A stretch of DNA of 63,625 bases, counting the filler. It is 9 parts of 9 records of this genome, joined end to end, with 100 filler letters (N's around TTAATTAATTAA, not from the genome) between each part and the next. Parts side by side here need not be neighbours in the genome. Positions count along the whole stretch, not along the records: positions 35,806 to 41,710 come from SRR31147125_54340; positions 41,811 to 49,551 come from SRR31147125_54353; positions 49,652 to 57,772 come from SRR31147125_54387; 6 more parts are not named here. One strand, given 5' to 3'. Under the pieces are notes generated by a model. The model was given only the letters and a program-made list of their open reading frames with translations, was not told the DNA's origin and made no database searches. Positions 39,221 to 49,880 of this stretch are shown here, piece after piece; position 1 is the stretch's first letter, and every line of letters starts with the position of its first letter. A program made the translations under genes and the position numbers.

Positions 39221-40531
39221 GTGAAGAGAATTGAAGCGATTTTTAAAATTATGGTTGAAAAACAAGCGTCAGATCTTCATTTAACAAGTGGAAAAAAACC
39301 TTTAATTAGACAATATGGAGATATTATGGAGCTAGAGGATTTGGATGTTCTAGACAATGAAACACTTGCTGATATGTTAATGGCTATTATTCCAGAAGAG
39401 CTTCGAGAGAATTTTATTGAGACTGGAGATGCAGATTTCGCCTATGAAATGGCAGAATATGGAAGATTTAGATCTAACTATTTCATGGATAGAAATGGAG
39501 TTGGCGCAGTATTTAGACTGATTCCAACTAAAATAATTACTGCAGATGACTTAGGGTTTTCTCAAGCCATTTTAGATATGTGTGCTCTTCATAAGGGGCT
39601 GGTTATTGTAACAGGGCCTACTGGGAGTGGTAAATCAACTACACTAGCTGCAATGATTGATTATATAAATGAAAATAGAAGGGATCATATTATTTCAATT
39701 GAAGATCCAATAGAGTTTGTACATGATAATAAAAACTGCCTAATAAATCAAAGAGAAGTAGGAGTTCATACAAAATCATTTAAAACAGCACTAAAAGCTG
39801 CTTTAAGAGAGGATCCTGACATAGTTCTTATAGGAGAGATGAGAGATCTTGAAACTATTGAAATAGCACTTGAGACTGCTGAGACAGGGCATTTAGTGTT
39901 TGGAACACTTCATACCAGTACTGCAGCATCAACTGTTGAGAGAATTATACAGCAGTTCCCTGAGGGGAAGCAGAGCCAAGTTCGGCAAATGCTTTCAAGT
40001 TCCCTAAAAGGTGTTGTAGCGCAAAATCTTTTGAAAAAACAGGACGGTTCAGGTAGAGTGGCTGCAATGGAAGTTCTAGTTGTTAACTCTGCGATATCTA
40101 GCCAGATAAGAGAAGGAAAAACTCATCAAATTACATCTAGTATGCAGATGGGGAAAAAAGAAGGAATGATTCTTCTTAATGATTCCTTAGTAAAGCTTGT
40201 ATCAGAAGATGTTGTATCTGAGGAGGAAGCTTTAAAAAAAGCTGTTGCTAAAGAGGATTTAAGAGAAAAACTTATATATAGTGAGAATCAACAGGCAAAT
40301 GAAGATGAAGAGCTTCAAGAAGAGTTTGCTGGAAGGTTCTCTAATAGTAAAAATAATAAATTTGGAGATATGAATGGATTTGCATCGTCTAGTACGTTTG
40401 GGAAAAACTCAAATAGTTTTTCCAGCAATGAAAATGTTAAAGAAGAGAAAAAAGAAGATTTCCGTTTGGAAAATAGAAAAAATATAAAACAAACTAAAGT
40501 GAATGATGATAAAATACAGGATTGCATTTAG
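39221..40531 (+). CDS. pilT: Type IV pilus retraction ATPase PilT with C-terminal low-complexity extension
   Basis: ASDLHL, GPTGSGKSTT, IEDPIEF, ALREDPD..LIGEMRD, TGHLVFGTLHT, AISSQIRE (AIRNLIRE variant). Confidence 0.9.
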   Translation: MKRIEAIFKIMVEKQASDLHLTSGKKPLIRQYGDIMELEDLDVLDNETLADMLMAIIPEELRENFIETGDADFAYEMAEYGRFRSNYFMDRNGVGAVFRLIPTKIITADDLGFSQAILDMCALHKGLVIVTGPTGSGKSTTLAAMIDYINENRRDHIISIEDPIEFVHDNKNCLINQREVGVHTKSFKTALKAALREDPDIVLIGEMRDLETIEIALETAETGHLVFGTLHTSTAASTVERIIQQFPEGKQSQVRQMLSSSLKGVVAQNLLKKQDGSGRVAAMEVLVVNSAISSQIREGKTHQITSSMQMGKKEGMILLNDSLVKLVSEDVVSEEEALKKAVAKEDLREKLIYSENQQANEDEELQEEFAGRFSNSKNNKFGDMNGFASSSTFGKNSNSFSSNENVKEEKKEDFRLENRKNIKQTKVNDDKIQDCI

Positions 40532-40595
40532 CATTCCTGTATTTTTATAAATAGTATTAAGTTAGAATAAGACTATTTATAAAAATATACAAGGA
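40511..40595 (+). terminator. Overlapping stem-loops between pilT and the PabC-like gene
   Basis: Stem 1 AAAATACAGGA/TCCTGTATTTT (40511-40545). Stem 2 ATTTTTATAAATAGT/ACTATTTATAAAAAT (40541-40586). Confidence 0.55.
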
Positions 40596-40602
40596 GATAG
40601 TG

Positions 40603-41374
40603 ATGTACTATTTAAACGGGAAATATTATGAAGAGGATCCTATGGATAAAGATTTCTTTTATGGGTACTCTTTATTCGAAACAATAATGGGAACAAAAAA
40701 ATCCAATATTTTTAGATGAACATTTAGGGAGATTGGAAAAATCTGCTAAAATTTTGGGCATAAACTACTCACTGAAAAAGGAAACTATTTTTAAATTAAT
40801 AGAGAAGGAAAAAATAGAGGAAAATGAGGAGTTTTTAGTAAAAATTCAAGTAAGTGATAAAAATAATTATATTAAAGTTAAAAAAACTGAACTTCGAGAA
40901 GTTAATAAAGGTATTAAAGTGAAAGTTATTGATAGATTTTATCAAAATGAAATGGGATTTGTTAAAAGTGGGAATTACTTATTAAATATTTTAGCGAGAA
41001 AAGAGCTTATGGAAAAGGGCTGTTATGAAGGTGTTTTTTGTAACAGAAACGGAGTGATAACAGAGGGAACTATTTCTAATCTTTTTTTTGTGAAAAATAA
41101 TATATTGAAAACTCCTTCTTTGGATTTAAATATATTACCAGGTATTACAAGAACTAAAATTTTAGAAATTGCTAAAAAAATGGAACTAGAGGTACAAGAA
41201 GGGCATTTTCTAGTTGAAGAACTTTTACAGGCTGACGGCATTTTTTTTACTAATTCCCTAATGAAAAAGGGACTTTTGTGGGTGAATGAGATAAATGGAA
41301 AAACAAAAAACAAAAACTCCATTTTTCACAAACTAGAAAAACAATACTTGAAATTAATCAATAATATGATATAA
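40603..41374 (+). CDS. Class IV aminotransferase (aminodeoxychorismate lyase/PabC-like); frameshift in A-run near 40695
   Basis: AGGAG RBS, MYYLNGKY...FFYGYSLFETI, then PIFLDEHLGRLEKSA, KSGNYL, EGTISNLFF, ILPGITR. Confidence 0.85.
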
Positions 41375-41382
41375 TTATTTGG

Positions 41383-41710
41383 GTGATTATTTTGACATTT
41401 GATAGGAAAATAAAAACATTATTTTTAATAACACTTATGTTTTTTTTGTATGCATTATATCATATATTTGTATTACAGATAGTAAAACATAAGGAATTCA
41501 GTGAGAAAGCTGAGAAACAAATTTTAAAACAATATAGCATAGAAGGAAAAAGAGGTAAAATTTTGACCTCTAATGGTGAAGAAATAGCCTATGATGTAGT
41601 AAAATATAATGTAATTTTAGATCCAAAAAATCTAGCACAAAGAGAAGATTTGAATGAAATAATAAAAATTGCAGCAAAACATAGCTCTCTTTCAGCTTCG
41701 AGAATAAAAA
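41383..41710 (+). CDS. Class B penicillin-binding protein, N-terminal part (3' truncated)
   Basis: TM anchor followed by LQI, RGKILTSNGEEIAYD (PBP dimerisation-domain start). Confidence 0.8.
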
Positions 41711-41810
41711 NNNNNNNNNNNNNNNNNNNNNNNNNNNNNNNNNNNNNNNNNNNNTTAATTAATTAANNNNNNNNNNNNNNNNNNNNNNNNNNNNNNNNNN
41801 NNNNNNNNNN
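41711..41810. other. Artificial contig linker
   Basis: N-run + TTAATTAATTAA + N-run. Confidence 0.98.
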
Positions 41811-44102
41811 CCTAATTTTAACGATCAAGCATGGGAAACCGTTATGGTTCCACACGATTGGGCAATTTTTGGCCCTTTCGATAAAGAGATTGACAAGCAG
41901 CTGGTTAAAATAGAACAGAATAATGAAAAAGCAGCTACAGAGAAAACTGGAAGAACAGGTAGTCTACCGTTTATTGGTGTAGGTTGGTATAGAAACAAAA
42001 TCAACCTACCGGTAATAAAGAAAGATCAGAAAGTGCTCCTTACTTTTGATGGTGCAATGAGCAATGCAAAGGTCTATGTCAACGGTGAGTTGGTCGGGAC
42101 TCGTGCTTATGGCTATAGTTATTTCTATTTTGATATTACAGAATTACTTCAAAATGGGGAAAATGTTATTGCAGTACGATTGGAGAATCTTCCTTTTTCA
42201 TCTCGGTGGTATCCGGGTGCAGGCTTGTATCGAAAAGTACAAATTCAAATAAAAAGCGAAATCAGTTTTAAGCATTGGGGGCATTTTGTAACTACTCCTT
42301 TTATTTCAGATTCCCTGGCTAGGGTTAAGATCAAATCAAAAGTTAATGGCTCTAATCTTCGGGTAGAAACATTGATTAAGGATGCCTCAGGAAATGAAGT
42401 TTCATCCAACTCTGAATTAAAGCTTTTCGGAAATGAATTTGTGCAAAATATAATGGTAAAGAGTCCAGAGCTATGGTCTCCTGAACGTCCATACCTTTAT
42501 ACTGCAGAATTAAAACTGTATCAACAAAATGAACTTAAGCATGTAGAAAATGTAAGATTCGGAATTCGTAAAATAGAATATACCAGGGAGAATGGCTTTG
42601 TCCTCAATGGCAAACCAACGAAGTTTAAAGGGGTTTGTCTTCATCACGATTTAGGACCGTTAGGTATTGCAATAAATAAATCAGCTCTTAAACGTCAGCT
42701 CACCATTTTGAAGGATATGGGATGTAATGCCATACGGTCAGCACATAATATGCCCTCAATTGAACAGTTAGAGCTTTGCGATGAGATGGGGTTTTTGTTT
42801 TTGGCTGAAAGTTTCGATGAATGGAAAAAACCAAAAGTTAAGAATGGTTATAATCTGTACTTTGATGAATGGGCCGAAAAAGATATTGAAAATTTAGTAC
42901 ATGCCACTCGTAATCATCCTTGTATCATAATGTGGAGTGCAGGTAACGAAGTTCCGGATCAGTGGGGGACTGAAGGAGTGAAAAGGGCAAAATGGATTCA
43001 GGATATATTTCATCGAGAAGATCCAACAAGACCTGTTACTGTGGGAATGGATCAAGTAAAAGCGGTAATGAATTCGGGTTTTGGAGCTTTGCTTGATATT
43101 CCGGGTTTGAATTATCGGGTTCATCTGTATGAGGAAGCTTATGAGAAATTTCCACAAGGATTTATACTAGGCTCTGAAACTGCTTCAACAGTAAGCTCAA
43201 GAGGAGTGTACAAATTTCCGGTAGAAGTAGGTGTAAATAAACAATATGATGACTTGCAAAGTTCCTCTTATGATTTGGAATACTGTAGCTGGTCGAATCT
43301 TCCGGAAGATGATTTTGTTTTACAGGACGATAAGCCCTGGGTTTTAGGTGAGTTCGTATGGACAGGTTTTGATTACCTCGGAGAACCAACTCCTTATGAT
43401 GAGTTTTGGTCATCACATAGCTCTTATTTCGGGATTTGTGATTTGGCTAGTTTGCCAAAAGATCGATTTTACCTATATCGTAGTAGGTGGAATAAAGAAG
43501 ATGAAACATTGCACATACTTCCTCATTGGAATTGGGAAGGAAAAGAAGGTGAAACAGTGCCGGTTTTTGTTTACACAAACTACAACAGTGCCGAGCTATT
43601 TATCAATGGGAAAAGTCAGGGTGTTCGTACCAAGAATAATGGTTCAAAGTTAGATCGATACCGATTACGATGGATGGAAGTAAAATATGAGCCGGGTGAA
43701 GTAAAAGTTGTTGCTTTTGATGAAGAAGGAAAGGTCGGATCTGAAAAAATAATTCGAACAGCAGGAAAAGCGCATCACTTCGAGTTAATACCTGACCGAA
43801 CAGAGATTGCTGCCGATGGCAAAGATTTGGTTTATGTTACAGTTCGAGTAGTCGATAAAAATGGAATTCTGTGTCCTAATGATCAGCGTCTGGTTAATTT
43901 CAAAGTAGGTGGTGCCGGAAAATACAGAGCTTCAGCAAATGGAGATCCCACTTGTTTGGATTTATTTCATCTGCCACAAATGCATTTGTTTAACGGACAA
44001 CTAACAGCAATTATACAGGCATCTGATAAAGTAGGAGATATTAACATTGAGGCAAATGCAAAGGGAATTAGATCGGGTAAAATTGTTATTAAGAATAAAT
44101 AG
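41811..44102 (+). CDS. GH2 beta-galactosidase (5' truncated)
   Basis: VPHDWAI, SRWYPGAGLYR, GVCLHHD, NAIRSAHN, WSAGNE, GSET, WTGFDYLGEPTP. Confidence 0.93.
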   Translation, partial: PNFNDQAWETVMVPHDWAIFGPFDKEIDKQLVKIEQNNEKAATEKTGRTGSLPFIGVGWYRNKINLPVIKKDQKVLLTFDGAMSNAKVYVNGELVGTRAYGYSYFYFDITELLQNGENVIAVRLENLPFSSRWYPGAGLYRKVQIQIKSEISFKHWGHFVTTPFISDSLARVKIKSKVNGSNLRVETLIKDASGNEVSSNSELKLFGNEFVQNIMVKSPELWSPERPYLYTAELKLYQQNELKHVENVRFGIRKIEYTRENGFVLNGKPTKFKGVCLHHDLGPLGIAINKSALKRQLTILKDMGCNAIRSAHNMPSIEQLELCDEMGFLFLAESFDEWKKPKVKNGYNLYFDEWAEKDIENLVHATRNHPCIIMWSAGNEVPDQWGTEGVKRAKWIQDIFHREDPTRPVTVGMDQVKAVMNSGFGALLDIPGLNYRVHLYEEAYEKFPQGFILGSETASTVSSRGVYKFPVEVGVNKQYDDLQSSSYDLEYCSWSNLPEDDFVLQDDKPWVLGEFVWTGFDYLGEPTPYDEFWSSHSSYFGICDLASLPKDRFYLYRSRWNKEDETLHILPHWNWEGKEGETVPVFVYTNYNSAELFINGKSQGVRTKNNGSKLDRYRLRWMEVKYEPGEVKVVAFDEEGKVGSEKIIRTAGKAHHFELIPDRTEIAADGKDLVYVTVRVVDKNGILCPNDQRLVNFKVGGAGKYRASANGDPTCLDLFHLPQMHLFNGQLTAIIQASDKVGDINIEANAKGIRSGKIVIKNK

Positions 44103-44143
44103 TTTGTTAAGAATTAAATAGAAAACGGTATTAAAATATAAAT

Positions 44144-45931
44144 ATGTTGAAGAAAATTCAGGTTTTGTTTTTGATTTTAATATACGCATCAACAATAGGA
44201 GCTCAGGCACAGCAAGTCGAAAAAAATGTATATATGTTTTCCTATTTCAAAGGAAATGGAGAAGATGGACTTCACCTTGCTTACAGTTATGATGGTTATC
44301 AATGGGATGCGTTGAAAAACGATAGTTCATTTTTAACGCCAACGGTAAGTAACGATAAGTTGATGCGTGACCCATGCATCATCAGAGGAGCGGATAATAT
44401 ATTCCACATGGTTTGGACAGTAAGTTGGACAGATAAGGGTATTGGCTATGCCTCTTCACCGGATCTTGTCAACTGGTCGGAACAGAAATATATTCCAGTG
44501 ATGGCTGACGAGCCGGATGCGCGTAATTGTTGGGCACCTGAGATAACTTATGATCCGTTAAAAAAACAATATATGATTTACTGGGCTACAACAATACCCG
44601 GACGTTTTGCAAACACAGAATCGACTAGCGAAGATAAGTACAACCACCGTATGTATTATGTATTGACCAAGGATTTTAAGTCATTTTCTGAAGCAAAAAT
44701 ATTATATGATCAAGGCTTTAATGTTATTGATGCCACCATTCAACCAAAGGAAGATGGATATGCTATGATCTTAAAAGATGAAACCTTGAAACCGGTTCCT
44801 CAAAAGAATTTACATGTAGCATTCAGCAAAACACTAACTGAAGGTTATGGTAAGCCATCCAGTGTAATAACTGGTAAATATTGGGCAGAAGGGCCTACAA
44901 TCCTCAAAATTGATTCGACATGGATCGTTTATTTTGATAAGTATAAACAACATAAATATGGAGCAGTAGCCTCGACTGATTTTGAAAATTGGACTGATGT
45001 ATCAGACCAGATAAGCTTTCCTGAAGGAACACGGCACGGAACTGTTTTTTCGATTTCAGAAAGTGAATTTATAAAATGGTTTAAGCCAGAAGAATCTAAA
45101 GTGGCATATTTGGCTGCATATATGACTGGAGATGATGAAAAACATTTGTATTACGCGATTGCTGATTCTGCTTTTAATTTTAAAATATTAAACGAAGGAA
45201 ATCCTATACTTTCTGCAAGCTTTAATGATAAACTGATCAGAGATCCAATGATTTTTCAGGACAAGGAAGGTATGTATCATTTGGTAGCTACTGTATCTTG
45301 GAAAAATCGCCCTTTTACTGTTTGGGATTCAAAAGATCTGGTTAACTGGGAAAACGAACGTCTTATCGATGTTGCACCGGAAGGAGCCACAAAAACATGG
45401 GCTCCCGAATTTGCATACGATAAAGAAAACGACACTTATTTTGTCTATTGGACCGCCGAAATAAATAATGACTGGAGTACCGCTTCAATTTATTATTCAA
45501 CAACCAAGGATTTTGTTAATTTCTCTGTGCCTAAAGTCTTATATAAAGATTCAGACGGTATTCTTGATGCTAACATCATAAATGTAGATGGCAAATATCA
45601 TCTTATTTATCGGAAAAACGGAATTTGGATTGTGACATCAAATACTGCCTTGGGGCCATATACCAATCCATATCAATTAACTGCAGAGAATGTGGAAGGA
45701 CCTTATGCGTTTCCGCTTCGCAATACTCCGGGATATGGAATAGTGTGGGACTATTATGGTGGAAGTAAAGGATTTGGGTTGAGTACTTCTACAGACTTTA
45801 AAAACTGGCAAAAGGTTACAAATGAGAATTACCCTTATTATAACGATTCTGTAAAATTTCCGGCTGGAATCAGGCATGGTTCAATAATGGGGATAAACCA
45901 AAAAGAACTGGATAGACTTCTGGGATTATAA
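44144..45931 (+). CDS. Secreted protein with two tandem GH43-type beta-propeller domains
   Basis: The motif set RDP / WAPE / (I,L)DA / EGP / RHG occurs twice. Signal peptide present. Confidence 0.87.
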   Translation: MLKKIQVLFLILIYASTIGAQAQQVEKNVYMFSYFKGNGEDGLHLAYSYDGYQWDALKNDSSFLTPTVSNDKLMRDPCIIRGADNIFHMVWTVSWTDKGIGYASSPDLVNWSEQKYIPVMADEPDARNCWAPEITYDPLKKQYMIYWATTIPGRFANTESTSEDKYNHRMYYVLTKDFKSFSEAKILYDQGFNVIDATIQPKEDGYAMILKDETLKPVPQKNLHVAFSKTLTEGYGKPSSVITGKYWAEGPTILKIDSTWIVYFDKYKQHKYGAVASTDFENWTDVSDQISFPEGTRHGTVFSISESEFIKWFKPEESKVAYLAAYMTGDDEKHLYYAIADSAFNFKILNEGNPILSASFNDKLIRDPMIFQDKEGMYHLVATVSWKNRPFTVWDSKDLVNWENERLIDVAPEGATKTWAPEFAYDKENDTYFVYWTAEINNDWSTASIYYSTTKDFVNFSVPKVLYKDSDGILDANIINVDGKYHLIYRKNGIWIVTSNTALGPYTNPYQLTAENVEGPYAFPLRNTPGYGIVWDYYGGSKGFGLSTSTDFKNWQKVTNENYPYYNDSVKFPAGIRHGSIMGINQKELDRLLGL

Positions 45932-46211
45932 AATAGATGAAGTAAGTCATTGGCTTTTAAATGATAAATCAATCATGAGGTCGGATTGGAGAACTACAAT
46001 GCAGAAAATTATAATAGGTATCATGAAATGAGCATGTGAATGGGATTGCACTAATCAGTAAGATAAAATCTCATGTGAGTTAAACCTTTAGTATAAAAGA
46101 TTAAACGGATGAAACAAACATGAATTTTAGCATTCAAAATTACAGACAAGAGAATGATTAAATTCATCGAGAGTTCCATCTGATACCTTTAGAAACAAAG
46201 AATTAGATCAT

Positions 46212-49193
46212 ATGAAAAATATTATTTTAATCTTGCTGGCTATTTTGCAGCTTTTTATTTCAATTAGTTTAAAAGCACAGCGATACAATAGAATAGAAGC
46301 GAATTTCAAAAGTGCCAATGGCCCTGCTCCTTATACCCTCTGGCAATGGATGAATGGATGTGTTACGAAACAAGGCATAACTTACGATTTAGAGTCATTT
46401 AAGAAAGTTGGAATTAATAGTGTGCAGCAATTCCTTGTTGGGGGATCGGAAGCTGACATTACAGATAGCAGTATTGTCATTTTAGAAAATAAATGGGATG
46501 AGCTAATGCGTTATGCTCTTCAAGAGTGTAATCGTTTGGAGATGGATTTTGGTACGCATAACTGCCCCGGTTGGTCGTCAAGTGGTGCTCTTGGTTTAGA
46601 TGTGCAGTACTCGATGCAGAAAATAATCTGGTCAAAAACATTAATAAATGGAAAAGATTCAAAAAAGATTAAAATCAAAAGGCCAGATGCAGAAGTAAAA
46701 TGCAACTACTATCAAGACATTTGTTTAATTGCTTTACCCAGAGGCTTATCTGTTATTAACGAGGATCAAATCGTAGTAATAGTTGATGGTCTTGATAAGG
46801 ATGGCAGACTAAAAGAAATACTCCCAGAAGGAGATTGGGAAATAATTCGTTTCGGACATACCACAACAGGAAAGATGAACTTAACAGCTCCTAAATCGGG
46901 TCAGGGACTGGAAGTTGATAAGATGAGCCGTAAGGCTCTTGAGCATTTTTGGTCGTTATATCCGGCAAAACTAATTGATATTGCAGGGGAATATGCAGGA
47001 AATACATTTAAACGTCTTGCAATAGATAGTTACGAAGTGGGTGATCAAGATTGGACTCCTGAAATGGCATTTGAGTTTCAAAAAAGGAGAGATTATGAAT
47101 TATTTCCTTGGTTGCCTGTACTTGCCGGATATACAATAGAATCCAAGGAAATATCCAAACGTTTTATGAATGATTGGAAACGTACCATTAACGAATTATT
47201 TGCAGATAATTATTACGGTTATCTAGAAGAACTCATTAATATAACAGATGGAATGGAGTTTGTGTGCGAACCTTATGGAACCGGACATAAGAATTTTGAT
47301 GAGATCGCTATTCGTGGAATTGGGGATTTGCTCATGTGTGAATTTTGGACTAAACCTTCTAGTTGGGGGTGGGAAACACCCTTGAAAGTTTCCAGTAATG
47401 CACATGTAAATGGGAAAAAAATAGTCTCGGCAGAAGCATTTACCGGGCAACCTCAATATGCTTTTCAAACCGATTTGGAGGATCTGAAATCATCTGGTGA
47501 TTTGGCCTTTTGTAAAGGGGTAAACCTTTTTGTTTTGCACGCTTCAGCTCATCAGCCATGGCCCGAATTTAAGCCGGGAATGACTATGGGCTGGTGGGGG
47601 ACACAATTTGGTCCTTCGCAAACATGGTGGGAACATGGAGCGGCGGAATGGGTTCAATACCTTAAACGCTGTCAACTTCTTTTGCAAAACGGACTGTTTG
47701 TAGCCGATATGTGTTATTTGCAATTGTCTAGCCAAAAGTATACCCATGTACCAACGGGGTACAAAGCTGATATTTGTAACGAAAAGGAGTTGTTGTCCAG
47801 GTTTAAGGTGGAAGACAATAAACTTGTTTTACCTGATGGTATGAGCTATCAAATGTTGATCTTGCCTAATCGTCCGGAAGTAAGTCCGGAATTGGCACGT
47901 AAAATTGAATCTCTGGTTGAGGATGGAGCTATTGTTGTTGGAAATGGATTTATTGGTTCGTCAGGGTTAACCGCATATCCGAGAAGCAATGAAGAAGTTA
48001 AGTTGATCAGTGAAAGGTTATTTGGTGCGGCTAATGAAAGAGAAGTCCTTCCAAAGAGTATCCGTCAAATAGGCAAAGGAAAGGTTTATTGCAGCTATTC
48101 TGCCCAAGAATCATTGTCTGCAGAAGAAATATTGAAAGATGTTGAAATTATTGATAAGGTTGAGGATATAGCATGGATACATCGGGAAGATGAAGGTTCT
48201 CATTATTACTTCCTGTCAAATCAAACTGCAGATAAGAAAACGTTTAAAGTTGGTTTTAGGGTATCGGGTATGCAACCTGAAATATGGGATGCTGTTACGG
48301 GGCATACTTATAATGCATTGACCTGGAAGAAAGGCAAAAACAGGACGATTGTAGATATGCAGCTAGATGCGAATGGTTCTTGTTTTGTTGTTTTTTGTAA
48401 AAAAAGCCAACCAGAGAATGTGCCCCTTACAGATCTTACGATTGATGGTAAGCCTGCTGACATCAATTCTTATATCAGTCAAAATAATGGTAAGCCTAAA
48501 TTGATCTTAAGTACAGCGGGGGAGTATAGATTACATATACAAGATGGAGAGGTGCTTACTAAAATTCAGAAAAGGCCATCTGTTAAAATCAATCTAAGTA
48601 AACAGTGGGATATCGCTTTTCAACAGAAAAGAGGTGCGCCCGGGGAGGTTTATCTTGATTCATTAATTTCATGGACTGATCACGATGTGTCTGGAATTAA
48701 ATATTTTTCTGGTTCAGCATATTATAGCAGATCCTTGCAACTTTCAAAAGAGCATGTAAATAAATCGAAACGTATTTTTCTTGACTTAGGTCATGTAGAA
48801 AACATTGCTACGGTAACCATTAACAACAATGAAAATATAACATTATGGAAAGCCCCTTATACGGTTGATATAACAGATTTTTGTAATGAGGGCAAGAACC
48901 TGGTTAAAATAAAAGTCACCAATTTATGGCCAAACAGGATTATTGGGGATAAATTGGAACCTGAGGATTGTATTTGGGGCGAAGTTCGTGATTTTCCTTA
49001 TGTAGAACCTGTTCCTGTAATTGGTCGTAATCTTCAAACAATTCCCGATTGGGTAAAGAACAATACCGAACGACCAAGTGAAAATCGTGTGACGTTCTGC
49101 ACTTTTGATTTCTTTACAAAAGATACACCATTATTGCCTGCAGGATTGATAGGGCCTGTTGTTGTAAGTATTGACGATATTATTGAAATTTGA
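46212..49193 (+). CDS. GH106 alpha-L-rhamnosidase-like glycoside hydrolase
   Basis: WQWMNG, HNCPGWSSSG, GLEVDKM, IDSYE, EPYG, MCEFW, AEAFT, NLWPNR.IGD. Confidence 0.88.
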   Translation: MKNIILILLAILQLFISISLKAQRYNRIEANFKSANGPAPYTLWQWMNGCVTKQGITYDLESFKKVGINSVQQFLVGGSEADITDSSIVILENKWDELMRYALQECNRLEMDFGTHNCPGWSSSGALGLDVQYSMQKIIWSKTLINGKDSKKIKIKRPDAEVKCNYYQDICLIALPRGLSVINEDQIVVIVDGLDKDGRLKEILPEGDWEIIRFGHTTTGKMNLTAPKSGQGLEVDKMSRKALEHFWSLYPAKLIDIAGEYAGNTFKRLAIDSYEVGDQDWTPEMAFEFQKRRDYELFPWLPVLAGYTIESKEISKRFMNDWKRTINELFADNYYGYLEELINITDGMEFVCEPYGTGHKNFDEIAIRGIGDLLMCEFWTKPSSWGWETPLKVSSNAHVNGKKIVSAEAFTGQPQYAFQTDLEDLKSSGDLAFCKGVNLFVLHASAHQPWPEFKPGMTMGWWGTQFGPSQTWWEHGAAEWVQYLKRCQLLLQNGLFVADMCYLQLSSQKYTHVPTGYKADICNEKELLSRFKVEDNKLVLPDGMSYQMLILPNRPEVSPELARKIESLVEDGAIVVGNGFIGSSGLTAYPRSNEEVKLISERLFGAANEREVLPKSIRQIGKGKVYCSYSAQESLSAEEILKDVEIIDKVEDIAWIHREDEGSHYYFLSNQTADKKTFKVGFRVSGMQPEIWDAVTGHTYNALTWKKGKNRTIVDMQLDANGSCFVVFCKKSQPENVPLTDLTIDGKPADINSYISQNNGKPKLILSTAGEYRLHIQDGEVLTKIQKRPSVKINLSKQWDIAFQQKRGAPGEVYLDSLISWTDHDVSGIKYFSGSAYYSRSLQLSKEHVNKSKRIFLDLGHVENIATVTINNNENITLWKAPYTVDITDFCNEGKNLVKIKVTNLWPNRIIGDKLEPEDCIWGEVRDFPYVEPVPVIGRNLQTIPDWVKNNTERPSENRVTFCTFDFFTKDTPLLPAGLIGPVVVSIDDIIEI

Positions 49194-49229
49194 TGCTGCT
49201 CAAGTCAAAGTCCTGTTTCACAAAGATAT

Positions 49230-49407
49230 GATCCTCTAATGAAATCTGTATATTTGGCTACAAGAGAAGAACCCAAAAAATGGTCGATGCCAATCAGAAA
49301 CTGGGGCATTGATCTGAATCAGTTCTTAGTTTTTTTAAAAAAAGGTTCAACTATAAATAGCTAAACCCTCGGTTTTTTATCGTTTACACACTTCGTGAAG
49401 CAGTGTC
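49230..49407 (+). mobile_element. IS256-family remnant (transposase C-terminus plus right end)
   Basis: Translates DPLMKSVYLATREEPKKWSMPIRNWGIDLNQF, matching the IS256 C-terminal pattern. Followed by terminal-repeat-like GTTTACACACTTCGTGAAGCAGTGTC. Confidence 0.75.
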
Positions 49408-49551
49408 GAAATTATAAAGGGTTATTAATTATTAAAGTTTGTTTAATTGGTTTCTTTTTGTTTGATAGTGCAATAAATAGTCTCTTTTTGTTTTGTCGTT
49501 TAAAAAGGAACGTTTGGTTAATGGACTTGCAACAAAAAAGCAGACAATTTT

Positions 49552-49651
49552 NNNNNNNNNNNNNNNNNNNNNNNNNNNNNNNNNNNNNNNNNNNNTTAAT
49601 TAATTAANNNNNNNNNNNNNNNNNNNNNNNNNNNNNNNNNNNNNNNNNNNN
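49552..49651. other. Artificial contig linker
   Basis: N-run + TTAATTAATTAA + N-run. Confidence 0.98.
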
Positions 49652-49854
49652 TTTTAGACTCTGTAAAGTCGAGAAAATTGCCAATCGCACATGCCGGGAT
49701 AGGACATCGAACAGCAACAATCTGTCATTTGCTCAATATTGCCATGTTGACCGGGAAAAAATTAGTATGGGATCCCAAACATGAGAAAATAACCAACGAT
49801 GAGGAAGCAAACAGAATGACTCGTCGACCAATGCGAAGTCCCTGGCGTTTATAA
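49652..49854 (+). CDS. Gfo/Idh/MocA oxidoreductase, C-terminal fragment (absent from the ORF track)
   Basis: Manual translation LDSVKSRKLPIA...GHRTATICHLLNIA...WDP..E...D..ANRM..RPMRSPWRL*, paralogous to the two downstream genes. Confidence 0.85.
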
Positions 49855-49880
49855 AAAACATGTCTATAATAAGTGAATGA

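Noticed and set aside
45932..46211. 280-bp gap between GH43 and GH106 as a pseudogene or ncRNA
   Set aside because: No convincing reading frame, hairpin or motif could be supported.
49395..49551. 70-aa ORF running into the linker
   Set aside because: It is AT-rich sequence starting inside the IS end and extended by Ns.
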